A stretch of DNA of 33,339 nt, filler included, from an uncultured virus (IMG/VR IMGVR_UViG_2049941000_000888) (Duplodnaviria; Heunggongvirae; Uroviricota; Caudoviricetes). It is 13 parts of one record of this genome, joined end to end, with 100 filler letters (N's around TTAATTAATTAA, not from the genome) between each part and the next. Parts side by side here need not be neighbours in the genome. Positions count along the whole stretch, not along the records: positions 19,365 to 33,339 come from IMGVR_UViG_2049941000_000888; 12 more parts are not named here. One strand, given 5' to 3'. The stretch's first letter is position 1. Each line of letters opens with the position of its first letter. The notes beneath the pieces are model-generated. The model saw only the letters and a list, made by a program, of their open reading frames with translations, was not told the origin of the DNA and ran no database searches. Position numbers and translations under genes: made by a program. Shown here piece by piece: positions 29,893 through 33,339 of this stretch.

Positions 29893-31164
29893 ATGCCGAA
29901 AATTCAACGGATCGAGCGGGAAATGAAGCCCTGTTTCCAGCGGAAAAAAGTCGCCGCTTATGCACGGGTTTCTCTGGATACAGATAAGCTCATGCACTCG
30001 CTTTCAGCACAGATCAGTTTCTACAGCGAACTGATCCAGAGCAATCCGGAATGGGAATACGCTGGGGTATATGCTGACGCCGGTATTACCGGAACGGATA
30101 CCAAAGACAGGCTCCGCTTTCAGGAGATGATCGCGGACTGTGAAGCCGGAAAGATCGATATCATTCTGACGAAATCCATCTCGCGTTTCGCCAGGAATAC
30201 CGTTGACCTACTTTCGACAGTTCGCCACCTGAAGGATCTGGGAGTGGAAGTTCGCTTTGAACGGGAGCATGTAAACACTTTCACCGCCGACGGTGAGGTG
30301 ATGCTCTCCATCCTGGCTAGCTTTGCTGAACAAGAGAGCATCAGTCTTTCCCAGAACATCAAATGGCGGGTAAGAAAGAAATATGAACAGGGACAACCTC
30401 ATGCCCACCTGAAACTGTTTGGATATCGCTGGGAGGGCGATGAGCGAGTTATAGAACCGGACGAAGCAGAAATCGTCCGGTTCATTTTTTCTGAATATCT
30501 TGATGGTAAGACCTTCAAAGCGATAGCTGAAGAACTCGATGCGAAGGGCGTAAAGAGCGTCAACGGAAAAGACAAATTCCACCCGATGAGCGTCCGGAGG
30601 ATCATCGGAAATGAAGAATATACCGGCTGCCAAATCTACCAGATGGCATACGCACCTTCCCCGAGAAAGCTTAAGCTGAACCACGGAGAAGTTCCGATGT
30701 ACAGGGTGGACGATCACCATGAAGCCATCATCGATCCGGAGACCTTCGCGGCAGCGCAGGCAATGCGGGTGGAGCGTGGAAAGAACCAGCGTCATGAGAA
30801 ACGGAATCCCAGCGCTTACACAGGCATGGTTTGGTGTGGCAAGTGTGGTGCAAAAGTATACCTGCACAGCGTACAGCACGGGCAGTTTCGGTATTGGAGC
30901 TGCGATGCCAAAAAGACGAAGAAAAGCTGCGATGCCCATAATTGGCGTGATGATGATCTGCTCCGGGCAGTTCAGGAAGCCATCGGCACAGAGAAAATGG
31001 AGCGGAAGCTGAAGCAGCAGGTAAAACGGATCGTCCTCTTCGACGATCATCTGGAAATCGAAATGATGAACGGGAGGAAACGGAATGGCACAAAGAGTAA
31101 GGGTCATACCCGCTACGATAGATCGGACAACGTCAGCGCCGATTGCCAGTGCAGCGAAGCGTAA
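29893..31164 (+). CDS. Large serine recombinase 1
   Basis: VAAYARVS catalytic motif; TKSISRFARN; recombinase domain; Zn ribbon CGKCG..WSC. Confidence 0.95.
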   Translation: MPKIQRIEREMKPCFQRKKVAAYARVSLDTDKLMHSLSAQISFYSELIQSNPEWEYAGVYADAGITGTDTKDRLRFQEMIADCEAGKIDIILTKSISRFARNTVDLLSTVRHLKDLGVEVRFEREHVNTFTADGEVMLSILASFAEQESISLSQNIKWRVRKKYEQGQPHAHLKLFGYRWEGDERVIEPDEAEIVRFIFSEYLDGKTFKAIAEELDAKGVKSVNGKDKFHPMSVRRIIGNEEYTGCQIYQMAYAPSPRKLKLNHGEVPMYRVDDHHEAIIDPETFAAAQAMRVERGKNQRHEKRNPSAYTGMVWCGKCGAKVYLHSVQHGQFRYWSCDAKKTKKSCDAHNWRDDDLLRAVQEAIGTEKMERKLKQQVKRIVLFDDHLEIEMMNGRKRNGTKSKGHTRYDRSDNVSADCQCSEA

Positions 31165-32656
31165 GGTGGCTGGGTACGCCCGGGTGTCCACTGAGCAGGA
31201 AGAACAGCAGTCCAGCTATGAAGCCCAGGTCAGCTACTACACGGACTACATAAAGCGGCGTACGGACTGGGTTTTTGTGAACGTGTATACGGACGAGGGC
31301 ATCTCGGCGACCAGCACAAAGCACAGGGAAGGCTTCCAGCAGATGGTAGCGGATGCGATGGATGGGAAAATCGACCTGATTGTCACAAAGTCAGTCAGTC
31401 GGTTTGCCCGGAACACCGTGGACAGCTTGACAACCATCCGGCAGCTGAAGGAGCACGGTACAGAGGTTTACTTCGAGAAGGAAAATATCTGGACGTTCGA
31501 TTCCAAGGGAGAACTCCTGCTGACCATCATGAGCAGCTTGGCTCAGGAAGAAAGCCGGAGTATTTCCGAGAACGTACGCTGGGGCCAGAGGAAAAAAGCG
31601 GCTGACGGAAAGTACAGTCTGCCTTATGCCATCATCCTCGGGTACGACAAAGGGCCGAATGGTGAACCAATCATCAACCAAGAACAGGCTGTGATCGTGC
31701 GGAAGATATATGGATTGTTCCTTGAAGGGTACTCCTACAATCGAATTGCAGGAATCCTGACGGAAGAAGGCATTCCGACAGTGACCGGAAAAAACCGCTG
31801 GAATGATGTGACTGTCGCCAGCATCCTGTCGAATGAGTTATACATGGGCGATAAAGTGCTCCAGAAAACTTACTCGGTGGACTTCCTGCACAAGAACCGG
31901 CTGAAGAACAAGGGCCAGGTTCCTATGTACAGGGTCGAGCAGGATCATGAGGCAATAATCCCGCCAGAGACCTTCAGGCGAGTGCAGGATGAGATCGCCA
32001 GACGGAAGGAAGTGCCGGTTCACGGCCTGACGGTTTTCTCCGGAAAGATCTTCTGCGGGTGTTGCGGGTCGGTTTTCGGCTCTAAGGTTTGGCACAGCAA
32101 TGACCGGTACCGCCGGGTCATCTGGCAGTGCAACAACAAGTACAAAGGCGCGAAGATCTGCCGGATGCCGCACTTGTACGATGACAACCTTCAGGCTGAC
32201 TTCGTAAAAGTCTGCCAGCGGCTCAGCGTCGAACGGGACGAGGTTATCGGAAACCTGCACGAATTGCAACAGCTGATCGGGGGAACGGATGAACTGGAGA
32301 AACAGAAAGCCGAATTGGAAGCAGAACTGGACTCCATAGGAGAACGCCTGCAGGCACTGATCGATCACAATGCCCGGGTGGCGATGAATCAGGAGGTATA
32401 CAAGGTCAGGTTCGATGAACTGTCCGGGCAGTACCAGCAGGCAGACGAAAAGGTGAAAGAGATCGAACAGACCATTTTGAAGAAGGAATTAAGGCAGCGG
32501 CAGGTCAAAGATGTGATTCAAACGATCGAAGGGATGCCGGAAATTGTGACGGAATTTAGCCCGGAGCTCTGGGCAACCCTGGTGAAGAAGGTGACGATCT
32601 ACGGAAAGGACGACATACGCTTCACGCTGACGAGCGGGGCGGAGGTGCGGGCCTGA
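31085..32656 (+). CDS. Large serine recombinase 2
   Basis: VAGYARVST; TKSVSRFARN; CGCCG..WQC Zn ribbon; coiled coil; GGAGG RBS. Confidence 0.95.
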   Translation: MAQRVRVIPATIDRTTSAPIASAAKRKVAGYARVSTEQEEQQSSYEAQVSYYTDYIKRRTDWVFVNVYTDEGISATSTKHREGFQQMVADAMDGKIDLIVTKSVSRFARNTVDSLTTIRQLKEHGTEVYFEKENIWTFDSKGELLLTIMSSLAQEESRSISENVRWGQRKKAADGKYSLPYAIILGYDKGPNGEPIINQEQAVIVRKIYGLFLEGYSYNRIAGILTEEGIPTVTGKNRWNDVTVASILSNELYMGDKVLQKTYSVDFLHKNRLKNKGQVPMYRVEQDHEAIIPPETFRRVQDEIARRKEVPVHGLTVFSGKIFCGCCGSVFGSKVWHSNDRYRRVIWQCNNKYKGAKICRMPHLYDDNLQADFVKVCQRLSVERDEVIGNLHELQQLIGGTDELEKQKAELEAELDSIGERLQALIDHNARVAMNQEVYKVRFDELSGQYQQADEKVKEIEQTILKKELRQRQVKDVIQTIEGMPEIVTEFSPELWATLVKKVTIYGKDDIRFTLTSGAEVRA

Positions 32657-32679
32657 GNNNNNNNNNNCAAAAAGAATTA

Positions 32680-32717
32680 GAGCGTCGTGACGTGAAATCA
32701 CGGCGCTCAGCTTTTTT
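32680..32717 (+). terminator. Rho-independent terminator
   Basis: GAGCGTCGTGA-N7-TCACGGCGCTC-AGCTTTTTT. Confidence 0.8.
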
Positions 32718-32811
32718 CGTTTTGGCTGGAGCTTTTCGAAATATTTCTCGGGAATGTTGTATAATCGTTTTATGCTTGCGTCTAAATAGGTGAAAGGGGG
32801 TATGCGGTGCC

Positions 32812-33339
32812 ATGGAAACGGTAAAGGGCCCTTGCCGTTCGGCTGAGGAAGAGATTACGTATCTGGTTGAAACACATCAGCTCGCACTGCTGCGTCTGTG
32901 TTTTGCCTATTTACATGATCAGGCACTAGCGGAGGATGCTGTTCAGGAGACTTTTCTGAAAGCATATCGGAAACTGGGCCAGTTTCAAGGAAACTCAAAT
33001 GTAAAGACCTGGCTTTCAGCAATTGCGATCAATTGCTGCAGGGATATGAGCCGTGGAAGCTGGTTTCGGCATATAGACCGGTCGGTTTCAATCGATACAC
33101 TGCCGCTACGTACGGAGGAATCAAACCCTGAGGATGACTCAGTGTCCGTCGAAGTAATGAATCTACCAATCCGTCTGAGGGAAGTCGTTTTACTTTATTA
33201 TTTCGAGGATATGAATACCCATGAGATTGCGGAGACGCTCCGAATATCCCAACAAGCGGTTTCAAGCCGATTGATGCGAGCAAGGAAGAAACTCCGCAAG
33301 GCGCTGAGTAGTAATGAAAGGAGTGAGCGGGATGGATGA
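32812..33339 (+). CDS. ECF sigma-70 factor
   Basis: LAEDAVQETFLKAY..KTWLSAIAIN; LPIRLREVVLLYY..AVSSRL; CGTCTAA upstream at 32779. Confidence 0.93.
   Translation: METVKGPCRSAEEEITYLVETHQLALLRLCFAYLHDQALAEDAVQETFLKAYRKLGQFQGNSNVKTWLSAIAINCCRDMSRGSWFRHIDRSVSIDTLPLRTEESNPEDDSVSVEVMNLPIRLREVVLLYYFEDMNTHEIAETLRISQQAVSSRLMRARKKLRKALSSNERSERDG

Noticed and set aside
30208..32368. Long antisense ORFs opposite the recombinases (and opposite tail genes)
   Set aside because: Shadow frames of GC3-biased real genes; no recognisable motifs.
32657..32812. ECF sigma as the direct neighbour or att flank of recombinase 2
   Set aside because: A 10-N gap separates them; linkage unproven.

Overview
This window is not contiguous genome. 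It is a patchwork of dozens of short sequence islands joined by 10-N gaps, larger N runs and twelve artificial N-TTAATTAATTAA-N spacers, so only adjacency inside an island is trustworthy. Gene content points to a Clostridia-type host (inference). Most islands are near-identical, mostly synonymously diverged copies of one siphovirus-type tail module: tape measure, Dit, an SH3b-containing Tal/tail spike and DUF859-like proteins. A Zn-finger/SHOCT/tandem large serine recombinase module is also present. The strongest signal is a variable cargo slot between dit and tal. Four tal starts have four unrelated upstream neighbours (an ECF sigma/anti-sigma pair, a DUF6442+XRE operon with its own promoter and triple operator, and two unknown ORFs), and each is closed by a similar terminator hairpin. 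Also present: at least five ECF sigma factors with anti-sigma-like partners, an AcrVA2/FinQ-like protein, a HigBA-type TA pair, and an uncharacterised paralog family (W..x.RY...L.F[DN]L). There is a 40-bp repeat with integron-like geometry before the tape measure gene, a 3' tRNA-Val(CAC) fragment that looks like an att site, and a few host fragments (iorB, RluA, LysR, flavodoxin). Family assignments are from recognition of sequence motifs, not database searches.
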